The notes beneath the pieces are model-generated. The model saw only the letters and a list, made by a program, of their open reading frames with translations, made no database searches and was not told the DNA's origin. The translations under genes and the position numbers were made by a program. This document shows, piece after piece, positions 48,420 through 57,798 of a stretch of 64,000 nucleotides of DNA. The stretch comes from a bacterium (GTDB taxonomy: Bacteria; Patescibacteriota; CPR2; UBA1875; JAJYID01): NCBI GenBank assembly GCA_021796415.1, contig JAJYJC010000001.1, positions 18,742-82,741 of the forward strand, in the 5' to 3' direction. The first letter of the stretch is position 1. Every line of letters begins with the position of its first letter.

Positions 48420-50522
48420 TTATTTCTTCACTGCTTTCATAGAGAGGTTGTTGCGGCCTTGCGAATCGATTTCGACAAGTTTAACGTCTACCTCTTGCCC
48501 TTCTTTCAATACATCCGTCACCTTGTTCACTCTCTCTTGGGAAATTTGGGATATGTGGACCAGGCCTTCTTTACCAGGCATGAACTCGACGAAGGCGCCG
48601 AAGTCCATGATTTTAACCACTCTGCCTTTATAAACCTTGCCGATTTCCGGTTCGGCGGTGATTGATTTGATCCAATCGATAGCTTTCTGGGCGTTTTCAC
48701 CATTTACGGCGGCAATAACCACATTCCCGTCATCATCGATATCGATTTCGACACTGCATTCGGCAATAATTTTATTAATCATTTCTCCGCCTTTGCCGAT
48801 AACATCGCGGATTTTTTCGGGATTGATGTGTAGTGTAGTCAGTCTCGGCGCGTAACCGGAAAGGTCGCCTCGAGGCTCAGAAATGGCTTTGTCCATAGCG
48901 TCCAGGATCTGAAGTCTGGCGTCCTTGGCGCGCTTTATAACCTCGACCAAAAACGCATGGGTGAGGCCTTTGACCTTGATGTCCATCTGGATGGCGGTCA
49001 TGCCGCCTCTAGTGCCCGCCAGCTTGAAGTCCATATCGCCGGCAAAGTCCTCCGCTCCTTGAATGTCGGTCAGAATGACGTATTTTTTGGAAAGATCGCC
49101 GCCTTCAGTCATAAGTCCCATGGCCACGCCGGCAACAGCCGCTTTGATAGGCACGCCCGCATCCATAAGAGCCAGCGATGAGCCGCAGACCGAACCCATT
49201 GAGGATGAGCCGTTTTCGGATAAGATTTCACTGACAACGCGAATAGTGTAAGGAAAGTCTGTTTCCTTGGGTAAAACCGGTTCAAGCGCTTTTTCTGCCA
49301 GAAATCCGTGGCCGATGGCGCGCCTTCCCGGGCCAAGCCGTTTGATATCACCGTACGAAGCGCCCGTATCTACATAATGATGGATGTATCGCTTGTTGAA
49401 ATCCTGATCCATTGAGTCGATCATCTGCGCTTTTGATGGAGAGGCGAGAGTGGTAATGGAAAGAATCTGTGTTTCGCCGCGAGTGAAAAGGCCGCTTCCG
49501 TGGGTTCTCGGTAGTAACCCAACTTCAGCAGACAGCGCCCTAACTTCGTCCATTTTCCTGTGGTCCGGACGGATGCCTTCCTCAAGTATTACCTTTCTCA
49601 CTTCTTCTTTGATAACCTTATCAAACACAAGAGAGATTTCCTCTTCCTCAAATTCTTCTTTGAATTGCTCATGAACCACGTCTTCCAGCTCGTTGATAAT
49701 TAAGTTTCGAGCCATCTTGTCCTGATGTCTGACTGCCTCACCAAGCTTGTCTTCCAGGTATTTGGTAATGGCAAGATAGGCGCCTTCATGAGGCTTATTC
49801 AGTTCATACTCGCGCGCTTTCACCTTCATTTCTTTAATGAGTTTTTCTTGAGCTTCAATCAAAGGCTGCATGCCTTTGTGGGCAAACTCAAGCGCCCCTG
49901 CAACAATGTCTTCAGAAACTTGATCTCCGCCGCCTTCAATCATCGTAATGGCTTCCTTCGTGCCGGCAACCAAAATATCAAGATCTGATTTTTCCATTTC
50001 CTCGTAGCTTGGGTTTAGTATGAGTTTTCCGTCAACCCGGCCAACCCTGGCGGCACTTATCGGCCCCTCGAAGGGCGCGCCACTGAGCATCAGAGAAGCT
50101 GAAGCTGCGTTCATACCCAAAACAACGGGGTCTATTTCCAAATCCATAGAAAGGGGAGTAACAATAACCTGCACTTCGTTCATGTATCCCTTCGGGAACA
50201 TCGGCCGGATTGGCCTATCAATCATGCGTGAGCGCAAAATACCAAGCTCTGATCCCCGGCCTTCACGCTTCACAAACCTGGAACCGGAAATTTTACCGGT
50301 CGCGTACCATTTGTCCTGGAAATCAACTGAAAGAGGGAAGTAGTCGATGCCTTCCTTTATTCCTTCCGAGACCACGACCGTTGCCATAACAATAGAATCG
50401 CCGCTCGATACTACACACGATCCGCTTGCAAACTTGTTTAGTTTGCCTGTTTCAAATTTAAATTCTTTACCGTCTGATTTTGCATCAACACGGACTTTTC
50501 CCAGAGATTTTCCTTTCTCCAT
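48420..50522 (-). CDS. pnp: Polyribonucleotide nucleotidyltransferase
   Basis: RMIDRPIRP, FTRGETQ, NGSSSM, GDMDFK, KH+S1. Confidence 0.97.
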   Translation of the reverse strand: MEKGKSLGKVRVDAKSDGKEFKFETGKLNKFASGSCVVSSGDSIVMATVVVSEGIKEGIDYFPLSVDFQDKWYATGKISGSRFVKREGRGSELGILRSRMIDRPIRPMFPKGYMNEVQVIVTPLSMDLEIDPVVLGMNAASASLMLSGAPFEGPISAARVGRVDGKLILNPSYEEMEKSDLDILVAGTKEAITMIEGGGDQVSEDIVAGALEFAHKGMQPLIEAQEKLIKEMKVKAREYELNKPHEGAYLAITKYLEDKLGEAVRHQDKMARNLIINELEDVVHEQFKEEFEEEEISLVFDKVIKEEVRKVILEEGIRPDHRKMDEVRALSAEVGLLPRTHGSGLFTRGETQILSITTLASPSKAQMIDSMDQDFNKRYIHHYVDTGASYGDIKRLGPGRRAIGHGFLAEKALEPVLPKETDFPYTIRVVSEILSENGSSSMGSVCGSSLALMDAGVPIKAAVAGVAMGLMTEGGDLSKKYVILTDIQGAEDFAGDMDFKLAGTRGGMTAIQMDIKVKGLTHAFLVEVIKRAKDARLQILDAMDKAISEPRGDLSGYAPRLTTLHINPEKIRDVIGKGGEMINKIIAECSVEIDIDDDGNVVIAAVNGENAQKAIDWIKSITAEPEIGKVYKGRVVKIMDFGAFVEFMPGKEGLVHISQISQERVNKVTDVLKEGQEVDVKLVEIDSQGRNNLSMKAVKK

Positions 50523-50658
50523 TTTTTCCTTTCTATCCGGCAGCTGCCGGACCCTTTCCAAAACGGAGATTTCAAACGAGTTCAAGGAGCTAATAGCATG
50601 CTATTTACTCATCTTACCCGACCAAAATTCCGTTTTAATTTATTAATGTTCTCTTGCT

Positions 50659-50893
50659 GTCATTTCGACTCCGCCTTCGGAACGGATAAACTCCGTGGAG
50701 AAATCCATTTTTCCTTTAGCAACTTGCCAACTTATAATCTTAGTAACTCTTTCAAGGGATTCTTCGGCTCCGCTCAGAATGACAATATTTTTATTTTATT
50801 AATGTTCTTTTTTTGTCACTCGGATCCTTCTTGTCCGTCATCCTGGCTTGGCCAGGATCTATTTCTACAGGATTCTGGACAAGCCAGAATGAC
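50659..50893. repeat. Cluster of two REP doublets
   Basis: GTCATTTCGA..AAATCC / GGATTCTTC..CAGAATGAC; GTCATCCTGGCTTGGCCAGGATC / GATTCTGGACAAGCCAGAATGAC. Confidence 0.8.
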
Positions 50894-50935
50894 TCTCAAT
50901 ACTATATACTCAATACCCAATACTGAAACTTGGAG

Positions 50936-51205
50936 CTACTTCCTAAGTCCAAGTTTCTTCACCACTTCGGCATATCGCTTCTTGTTCGTATTCATAAGGT
51001 AATCAAGCAGTTTTCGCCTTTTGGAAACCATTTTCAAAAGCCCGCGCCTTGAGTGGTTATCTTTCTTGTGAGTCTTAAGATGATCGGTAAGCTTTTTTAT
51101 CTTTTCGGTAAAAATAGCAATCTGAACTTCCGGCGATCCGGTATCCTTTTCATGTGTCTGGACATCTTCGATTACTTTTTCTTTTTCTTCCTTTTGTAAA
51201 GCCAT
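50936..51205 (-). CDS. rpsO: 30S ribosomal protein S15
   Basis: [19 protein letters not shown]. Confidence 0.97.
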   Translation of the reverse strand: MALQKEEKEKVIEDVQTHEKDTGSPEVQIAIFTEKIKKLTDHLKTHKKDNHSRRGLLKMVSKRRKLLDYLMNTNKKRYAEVVKKLGLRK

Positions 51206-51366
51206 TATTACTCCTTGATTAGCAAATACTATTTGTATCGCCATACTATTTTACCACTGAACAGCCCTATCTTCAAGGCAATTCAAAAATTTTCCTATCA
51301 CGAAGCTATATTTTAGCAAAAAAGCGTTGTGTAGTCAACCAGTTTTCATTCGTGAATCTAACCTCT

Positions 51367-51525
51367 GTCATCCCGAGCTCGCCTTCGCAAAGCTACGAAG
51401 CGGAGAAACTCCGCGATAGCGGAGTCGAAGGATCCCTTAAAATATTTAAATAAAGTTCAAGAGATTCCTCCGCTCGCAACTCACGTGGTGTCGGCCCGCC
51501 TGCCGGACAGACAGGTCGGAATGAC
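51367..51525. repeat. Composite REP doublet with 21-bp insert (51495-51515)
   Basis: GTCATCCCGAGC..GGATCCC / GAGATTCCTC..TCGGAATGAC. Confidence 0.8.
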
Positions 51526-51566
51526 AACACATTCTGATTTATGGCAGGCTAAAGGATTCACGGGTT

Positions 51567-52385
51567 CTAATTCATTAAGTTTAATGCAGGATCTATCTCG
51601 GCTGCTTTTTTACCTTGTTCACTTGCCTTGCTCTGATCGCCCATTTTTTCATAAATCTTTGAGCTAAGAATATAAGCATCTCGATAATTATCTTTTTCTC
51701 TCTCTAAGGCTAGCGTGTCACTCAGTGCCAATTGCAGATAATTGTGCTCGTAATAGAAATTTGCTGCTTCCAGCTTTACGTAAAGAGGGCTTTGAGTATC
51801 TTTGCGCTTGGCAAAATACTTATCTATTCCGAAAATATTACAACCTTTTACTTTCCCAAAAGCATTTTCGGCTTTTTTGAAGTTATTCAAATAAACAAAG
51901 GCGGCATAACAGTTGCTTGAATCTGAATCTAGGGCAGAAAGCTGACTTAAGTAATTTTCAGCCTCTCCCCTATCGCCTTTTTGAAGCTGAGACAGAACAA
52001 GGCCCTTTAATGAATCTGGGTTTAAATTTTTATTTTTTGCCTTTGTAAAAACATCTTCTGCTTCTTGGGCCTTATTTTCATCTAGATACAAATTTCCTAA
52101 TTTGTTTAAAATTTGAACCTCTCCCCTACCCACCATGATTTTCTCCGCAAGATCGTCCCTGCCGATAGAAACATAGAGATCGGCAAGGGTAATAATATTG
52201 TCAGGTTTTGAATACAATTCAACAGACTTTTCTAGAGCCAATATCTTTGCTTGTTTATCGTTTGTTTCACGTGAAACATCTGCATAATAATCAGCCCTAC
52301 CACTTGCCCAAAGAAAATAACCAGTCGATAATCCAACAAGTAAAATCGGAATTAATGACAAGATTATTATCTTCTTTTTCTTCAT
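51567..52385 (-). CDS. Membrane-anchored TPR protein
   Basis: N-terminal TM; TPR-like repeats. Confidence 0.7.
   Translation of the reverse strand: MKKKKIIILSLIPILLVGLSTGYFLWASGRADYYADVSRETNDKQAKILALEKSVELYSKPDNIITLADLYVSIGRDDLAEKIMVGRGEVQILNKLGNLYLDENKAQEAEDVFTKAKNKNLNPDSLKGLVLSQLQKGDRGEAENYLSQLSALDSDSSNCYAAFVYLNNFKKAENAFGKVKGCNIFGIDKYFAKRKDTQSPLYVKLEAANFYYEHNYLQLALSDTLALEREKDNYRDAYILSSKIYEKMGDQSKASEQGKKAAEIDPALNLMN
52263..52278. promoter_or_regulatory. parS site
   Basis: Perfect TGTTTCACGTGAAACA. Confidence 0.85.
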
Positions 52386-52415
52386 ATAATCAGTATAACA
52401 CTCTTGGGCCATAGA

Positions 52416-52476
52416 GTCATTCCGGTTTGTCCGGATTCAAAAAAGATCAATACGATTCTGGTCAAGCCGGAATGAC
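52416..52476. repeat. REP doublet
   Basis: GTCATTCCGGTTTGTCCGGATTC / GATTCTGGTCAAGCCGGAATGAC. Confidence 0.8.
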
Positions 52477-52682
52477 AACCTATTAGACGGGCGAGCTAAA
52501 ATGATGAAATTGGTATAGTATCCGTTTGTCCGTTATTCTGTTATTCCGTTCCTTAGTTCTTTATTTTTCTGTCTACAAGCTGTGCATAAAAACGTATCCT
52601 AGCTCAGCTTGTTCTCAAAAAGTTTTATTTTGAGCACAAATTTGACAAATTTTTCAGATTATTGTTTTTCCACAAGACTGCT

Positions 52683-52769
52683 GTCATTCCGGACTTGATC
52701 CGGAATCCAGATAATTTTATATAGATTCTGAATCCCCGCCTGCCGGACGGGCAGGAAGTTCAGAATGAC
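52683..52769. repeat. REP doublet with 21-bp insert (52735-52755)
   Basis: GTCATTCCGGACTTGATCCGGAATCC / GATTCTGAATC[..]AAGTTCAGAATGAC. Confidence 0.9.
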
Positions 52770-52777
52770 AAAACATT

Positions 52778-52793
52778 TGTTTCACGTGAAACA
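52778..52793. promoter_or_regulatory. parS site
   Basis: Perfect TGTTTCACGTGAAACA. Confidence 0.85.
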
Positions 52794-52813
52794 ACGCCTA
52801 ACGTTGTGAAACC

Positions 52814-55165
52814 TTACAGACTTATAACCTTCTCGACTCTTTGGGTCTTTTCCAAGAATTCTTTTTGTGAGTCAGCCAATTTCTCTTTCGTTTTATATTC
52901 CGGGATTTCTTTTCCGATAGAAATTCCTTGCTTGGTTTTATGGGTGCGGATTTGATCTACAAGTTTCAAAATTCTTTCAAATTCTTTTGATTTTCCGTAT
53001 AAATCTTCTTTTTCCGGCCAGCTTGCAAGGTGGATGCTTTTATCTTTATCGATGTTTTTGAAGTAATTTTGGTATATTTCCTCTGTTATGAAAGGTAGAA
53101 TTGGCGCATACAGTTTTAAAATAGAACTTAAAACCTTCGAAACCATATATAATGCGGCATTTTTGCTTTGTTTATTGTTTCCATAAACACGATATTTGAT
53201 AAATTCCAGATAATAATCACAAAAGTCATTCCAGAAGAAACCGTCTACTTCATTTCTGGCCTTGGAATATTCATAATTATCAAAGTATCTCTCACAATAT
53301 CCAATAGTACTCATAAGCCTGTCATGTATCCATTTGTCAGCATCTTCAAGCTCATTTTCGGCTGGATTTTCAATATTTTCACTCTCCAGGAACCCGATTA
53401 CAAACTTGGAGGCATTCCAAAGCTTGGTAACTGTTTTCTTTCCCTTCTTTATCTCCTCTTCATTCCAACGCATATTACCGCCCAGGGTTGCGCCCGTTGC
53501 CCAGTACCTAAGCGCATCAGCACCGTACTGCTCTACAATATCGTGCGGATTTACATAGTTTTTGAGCCTCTTTGAGATTTTTCGGCCATGCTCATCTAAA
53601 CCATGCCCCGAGATCATAACATCTGTAAAGGGAACTGAATTGTCATGATAAAGCGACTTAACAACGGTATAAAAAAGCCAGGTTCGGATAATCTCAAAAG
53701 CCTGAGGCCTTAAACTTGATGGGTATAATTTTCCTTGAATCTTCTCGTCCTGAACTAGCGTAGCGCCGATTTTTGGTGTTAGCGATGAGGTCATCCAAGT
53801 GTCCATAACATCATTTTCAGCTTCAAATTCCGTACTTTTACACTTTGGACAAGGTCTTTGGGGCATATCGCTAGTCGGATCAACTGGTAGATCCTTTTCA
53901 TCCGGCAATATAACTTCACCGCATTTTTTACAGTACCACACAGGAAAAGGAACACCGTAGTAGCGCTGCCGGGAAATGCACCAATCCCATTTGAGGCCCT
54001 CTACCCAGCTTTCATAAAGCTGCTTCATGTTTGTCGGATACCAGCTTAGCTCCCGTCCCTTCTTGAGCAGTTCTTCTTTGGCGCTTAAAATATCAATAAA
54101 CCAGTTTTTGGTCATTATGTATTCTACGTCAGTGCCGCATCGTTCATGGGTAAAGGTTACATTTTCTCTATCTTCGACTTTTTCTAGCGCATCGGCCCTC
54201 TTTAAGTCTTCGACAATTTTTTCTCTTGCATCACAAATCTTCAAACCGGCGTATTTTCCGGCCTTTTCATTGAATTTGCCATCGGTATCAAGCATGTGCA
54301 CGGGTTTTGCGTCAGGATGTTCGGTAAGCCACTCGATGTCGTCATGGCCGCCAAACGAACAGTAGTACACAACCCCTGTCCCCATCTTGGGATCCACATT
54401 TTCGTCGGCGTAAATATATACTTTTTGCTTTGTCAAAGGCAATATCGCCTTTTTTCCGATTAAATCCTTGTACCTTTTATCGGTCGGGTTAACGCTCATA
54501 CCCATGCAAGCCGGCAGCATCTCCGGACGGGTTGTGGCAAAAGTTAGCTCTCCCCCATCGTCAGTTTTGGCTTTAATGAAGTAAAACTTGCTTTTGCGCT
54601 CTTCGGCTTCCAGATCGGCTTGCGAGATGGCCGTTTGGCAGTGCGTACACCAAAGTACGGGCGCTTCCTTGCGATAAATTTTATCTTTTTTATATAAATC
54701 CAGAAATGACCATTGCGACAGCCTCTGGCAATGCTGGTTGATTGTGCTGTAAGTTTTGCTCCAATCCACCGAAATCCCTATTGATCGCCATAAGTCTTGG
54801 TAGTTCTTTGCGCCGATTTTGGTTTCCTCAAGGCATTTTTCGACAAATTCTTTTCTTGAGATTTTTGACTTGTCTATATTGTATTTTTTCTCAACAAATC
54901 TTTCGGTTGGCAAGCCATTATCATCAAATCCCATCGGATAGTAAACATTGAAACCCTTCATCCTCTTGTAGCGGACAATGAATTCAGCTTGTGAATAGCT
55001 CATTATGTGGCCCGCATGAAGGTGCTCGGCTGAAACATAAGGCGGGGGAGTGTCTACTGAGTAGATTGGCTTGTTTGAGCTCTCATCAAAGCGATAAATG
55101 CCTTCTTCTTCCCAGAAGTTTCTCCAATGTTCTTCTCTTTCCTTGAAATCATATTTCTTCTGCAT
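52814..55165 (-). CDS. valS: Valine--tRNA ligase (short, archaeal-type)
   Basis: DTPPPYVS..LHAGH, GFDDNGLPTE, DWCISRQR, RPQAFEIIRTW. Confidence 0.92.
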   Translation of the reverse strand: MQKKYDFKEREEHWRNFWEEEGIYRFDESSNKPIYSVDTPPPYVSAEHLHAGHIMSYSQAEFIVRYKRMKGFNVYYPMGFDDNGLPTERFVEKKYNIDKSKISRKEFVEKCLEETKIGAKNYQDLWRSIGISVDWSKTYSTINQHCQRLSQWSFLDLYKKDKIYRKEAPVLWCTHCQTAISQADLEAEERKSKFYFIKAKTDDGGELTFATTRPEMLPACMGMSVNPTDKRYKDLIGKKAILPLTKQKVYIYADENVDPKMGTGVVYYCSFGGHDDIEWLTEHPDAKPVHMLDTDGKFNEKAGKYAGLKICDAREKIVEDLKRADALEKVEDRENVTFTHERCGTDVEYIMTKNWFIDILSAKEELLKKGRELSWYPTNMKQLYESWVEGLKWDWCISRQRYYGVPFPVWYCKKCGEVILPDEKDLPVDPTSDMPQRPCPKCKSTEFEAENDVMDTWMTSSLTPKIGATLVQDEKIQGKLYPSSLRPQAFEIIRTWLFYTVVKSLYHDNSVPFTDVMISGHGLDEHGRKISKRLKNYVNPHDIVEQYGADALRYWATGATLGGNMRWNEEEIKKGKKTVTKLWNASKFVIGFLESENIENPAENELEDADKWIHDRLMSTIGYCERYFDNYEYSKARNEVDGFFWNDFCDYYLEFIKYRVYGNNKQSKNAALYMVSKVLSSILKLYAPILPFITEEIYQNYFKNIDKDKSIHLASWPEKEDLYGKSKEFERILKLVDQIRTHKTKQGISIGKEIPEYKTKEKLADSQKEFLEKTQRVEKVISL

Positions 55166-55181
55166 TTTCGCCTTTCCTAAA

Positions 55182-55325
55182 ATAAAAAAGCCCGCTCTTG
55201 GGGTCCGGTATTTACCGGAGGTACCACCCCAATTCCACGTGGCACTTCATTTTGCTTAACGGAGCTTCCCGGCAGGTTCTACTCCGGCGGTTGCCGGATC
55301 TTCCTGCAGCTTGCAAGGTGACATT
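55182..55325 (-). promoter_or_regulatory. T-box riboswitch leader of valS
   Basis: AATTGGGGTGGTACC T-box, antiterminator TCCGG..CCGGACCCC, T-tract downstream. Confidence 0.75.
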
Positions 55326-55391
55326 AATCCTTGCTCAAACGCCTTTTCATATTTGACCTAATTTTACTTGAAATGAAGAAAAAGTCAAGTT

Positions 55392-56561
55392 CTAAGTTAG
55401 TTTCAGATTTGGGTTAGCTACTAGGCTTCTTGGCTCGATAAAGCCAAATTCCTTCTGTTTGTAGTATGCGGCGGCACCGATCATGGCCGCATTATCGGTG
55501 CAATAATTTAAATCGGGCATGTGAAACTCAACCTTCAATTCCTTGCATAATTTTTCTAGCCCTGAGCGCAAAAGGGGATTGGCCGCCACGCCTCCGGACA
55601 ATATGAATGATTTTGGTTTGTACTGGGCTATCGCTCTCTGGTTGTTTTGAACTAGGGTATCGACCAAAGTTTTCTGAAAAGAGGCGGCAATATCCGCTTT
55701 TGTTTTGCTCTCAATCCCACACCCGGTGTGGGATTGGCATTGTTTTACAATATTCAAAACAGACGTTTTGAGGCCGGAGAGTGAAAAGTCGAGGCTGGGT
55801 TTGGGGTAAACGAGAAAGCCATCTTTGCCGCGTTTTGGTTCGGGAGTGAGATCTATAACAGGAAATTCATATTTATCAGCGTTACCATTCTCTGCTAATT
55901 TGCTAATATTCGGCCCGCCGGGGTAGGGGAGGGCAAGCAGTGCTGCAACCTTGTCGAAAGCTTCGCCGGCAGCATCATCGCGGGTTGCTCCCACAATTTG
56001 AAAATTGTAATGCCTTTTCATGTAAATTAGCATTGTATGCCCACCCGAAACTACTAGGGCCACGAGAGGAAATTGCGGGACAGTATTGTGTATTGGGTAT
56101 TGGGTATTGAGGTTGGGATTCTTCATTGCCTCAGAATGACTTTTTTTATTTTGAATTTGATTGGAAATTGCTGATTGGAAATTGGAAATTTTGCCAACAA
56201 TCCAATTCGCATACACGTGTCCTTCGAGATGATTCACGGCAATTAGCGGCTTGTCCTTTAAAATTGCAAGTGTCCTTGCCGTTTCGATCCCGGCAATCAA
56301 ACTTCCAACAAGTCCCGGTCCTTGGGTTACGGCGATAGCGTCGATCTGGGGCCAATCCAGTTTTGCCGCATTTAAAGCCTCCTTGATCGTTGGAATAATG
56401 GCCTGTACATGAACCCGCGCCGCTACCTCCGGCACCACACCGCCATACTTGGCATGAAGATCAACTTGCGAAGCGACCACATTCGATAAAACATTCCGAC
56501 CGTCACTCACAACTGCAGCCGCTGTCTCGTCACAGCTCGATTCTATAGCTAAAATATTCAT
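55392..56561 (-). CDS. tsaD: tRNA t6A enzyme TsaD with repeat-derived insertion
   Basis: IESSCDET, HLEGH, VSGGHT, DDAAGEAFDK, CTDNAAMIG. Confidence 0.96.
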   Translation of the reverse strand: MNILAIESSCDETAAAVVSDGRNVLSNVVASQVDLHAKYGGVVPEVAARVHVQAIIPTIKEALNAAKLDWPQIDAIAVTQGPGLVGSLIAGIETARTLAILKDKPLIAVNHLEGHVYANWIVGKISNFQSAISNQIQNKKSHSEAMKNPNLNTQYPIHNTVPQFPLVALVVSGGHTMLIYMKRHYNFQIVGATRDDAAGEAFDKVAALLALPYPGGPNISKLAENGNADKYEFPVIDLTPEPKRGKDGFLVYPKPSLDFSLSGLKTSVLNIVKQCQSHTGCGIESKTKADIAASFQKTLVDTLVQNNQRAIAQYKPKSFILSGGVAANPLLRSGLEKLCKELKVEFHMPDLNYCTDNAAMIGAAAYYKQKEFGFIEPRSLVANPNLKLT

Positions 56562-56626
56562 AACAGTGAAGATTATATCAAATTTTTCCCTGTATTTATA
56601 CGTTAATTTGTGCTTAAATGGGTCCT

Positions 56627-57694
56627 ATGGAAATGCTGAGTATTCTGGCAAAGAAGTCAAATAACCTTTTTCAGTCCGGCGTTTGGGCTGATTTTCAGGC
56701 AGATCTGAAGCGCAAATCATTTTTAATCAAAAGTGATCATGTGGAAGCCTTGGTCATCAAATATCCTTTGATTGGGCGAAATTTATTTTCAAAAATAGAT
56801 TCCCGCCGGAGTTTATCCGCCCGAAGCTCTGCGAAGGAGGACGGGAATGACAAAGGAAGGGGAGATAAGTATTATTTTTATTCCCCTCGAGGACCGATTG
56901 CTGATTCAAAAGTGAAGCTGAAGGACTTGAAAGTATTCTTCAGAAAAGTCGAGTCTCTTGCCAAAGAAGAGAATGCTGTATTTTACCGAATAGAGCCTTA
57001 TTCTTTAGGTCAGGTTGATATTTATAAGTTCGGTTTTAGAAAAATCGCAAAACACGCACCGCTATCAGCACAATCCTCACCCGAAAATACTCTCGTTTTA
57101 GATATCACAAAACCTGAAGAAAAAATTCTAGCCGAAATGAAGCCGAAGTGGAGATACAACATCAACTTGGCGTCAAGAAAGGACGTCAAAGTGCGCCAGG
57201 GGAAAAGTCTAAATGATATCAAGATTTTCTATAACCTCACTTTGGAAATGGAAAAAAGGGGAGGGTACAAGGGGCATGAGTTTGAATACTACAAAAAGAT
57301 GTTTGAGGTTTTAAGCAGCAAAAATGTGCTGAAACTTTATATCGCAGAATACGAAGGTGAGCCTTTGGCGGCGATTTTGGTTTCTTTCTACGGCCAAGTC
57401 GCAACATACTTGCACGGCGCCTCGGGGAATGAAAAGAGGGAACTGATGCCAACTTACGCGCTTCAGTGGGCGGCTATCCAAGACGCAAAGAAAAAGGGCT
57501 GCAAGATTTATGATTTTTGGGGCATAGCGCCAGATGGCGCAAAAAATCATTCGTGGGCAGGCGTCACCAGATTTAAAAAGGGTTTTGGTGGAGAGGCCCT
57601 TCATTTTAGCGGCGCATACGATATGGCATTTGACAAAAATTATTACCGCCTGCTTTCTGCGGCAAACAGAGTTAGAAAGGTTTTGAAAAGATAA
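56627..57694 (+). CDS. FemABX-like peptidoglycan peptidyltransferase with REP insertion
   Basis: FQS..W, PRGP, KWRYNI, YDFWG, FKKGFGG. Confidence 0.88.
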   Translation: MEMLSILAKKSNNLFQSGVWADFQADLKRKSFLIKSDHVEALVIKYPLIGRNLFSKIDSRRSLSARSSAKEDGNDKGRGDKYYFYSPRGPIADSKVKLKDLKVFFRKVESLAKEENAVFYRIEPYSLGQVDIYKFGFRKIAKHAPLSAQSSPENTLVLDITKPEEKILAEMKPKWRYNINLASRKDVKVRQGKSLNDIKIFYNLTLEMEKRGGYKGHEFEYYKKMFEVLSSKNVLKLYIAEYEGEPLAAILVSFYGQVATYLHGASGNEKRELMPTYALQWAAIQDAKKKGCKIYDFWGIAPDGAKNHSWAGVTRFKKGFGGEALHFSGAYDMAFDKNYYRLLSAANRVRKVLKR

Positions 57695-57798
57695 TGTAAC
57701 TAACAAGGGACTAATTGGGACTAATCGTTGCTTATAGGGGCTAATAGACAATAAGCCACAAAAAGCAACCACAAGTTACAATAAGTCACATTTATCAC

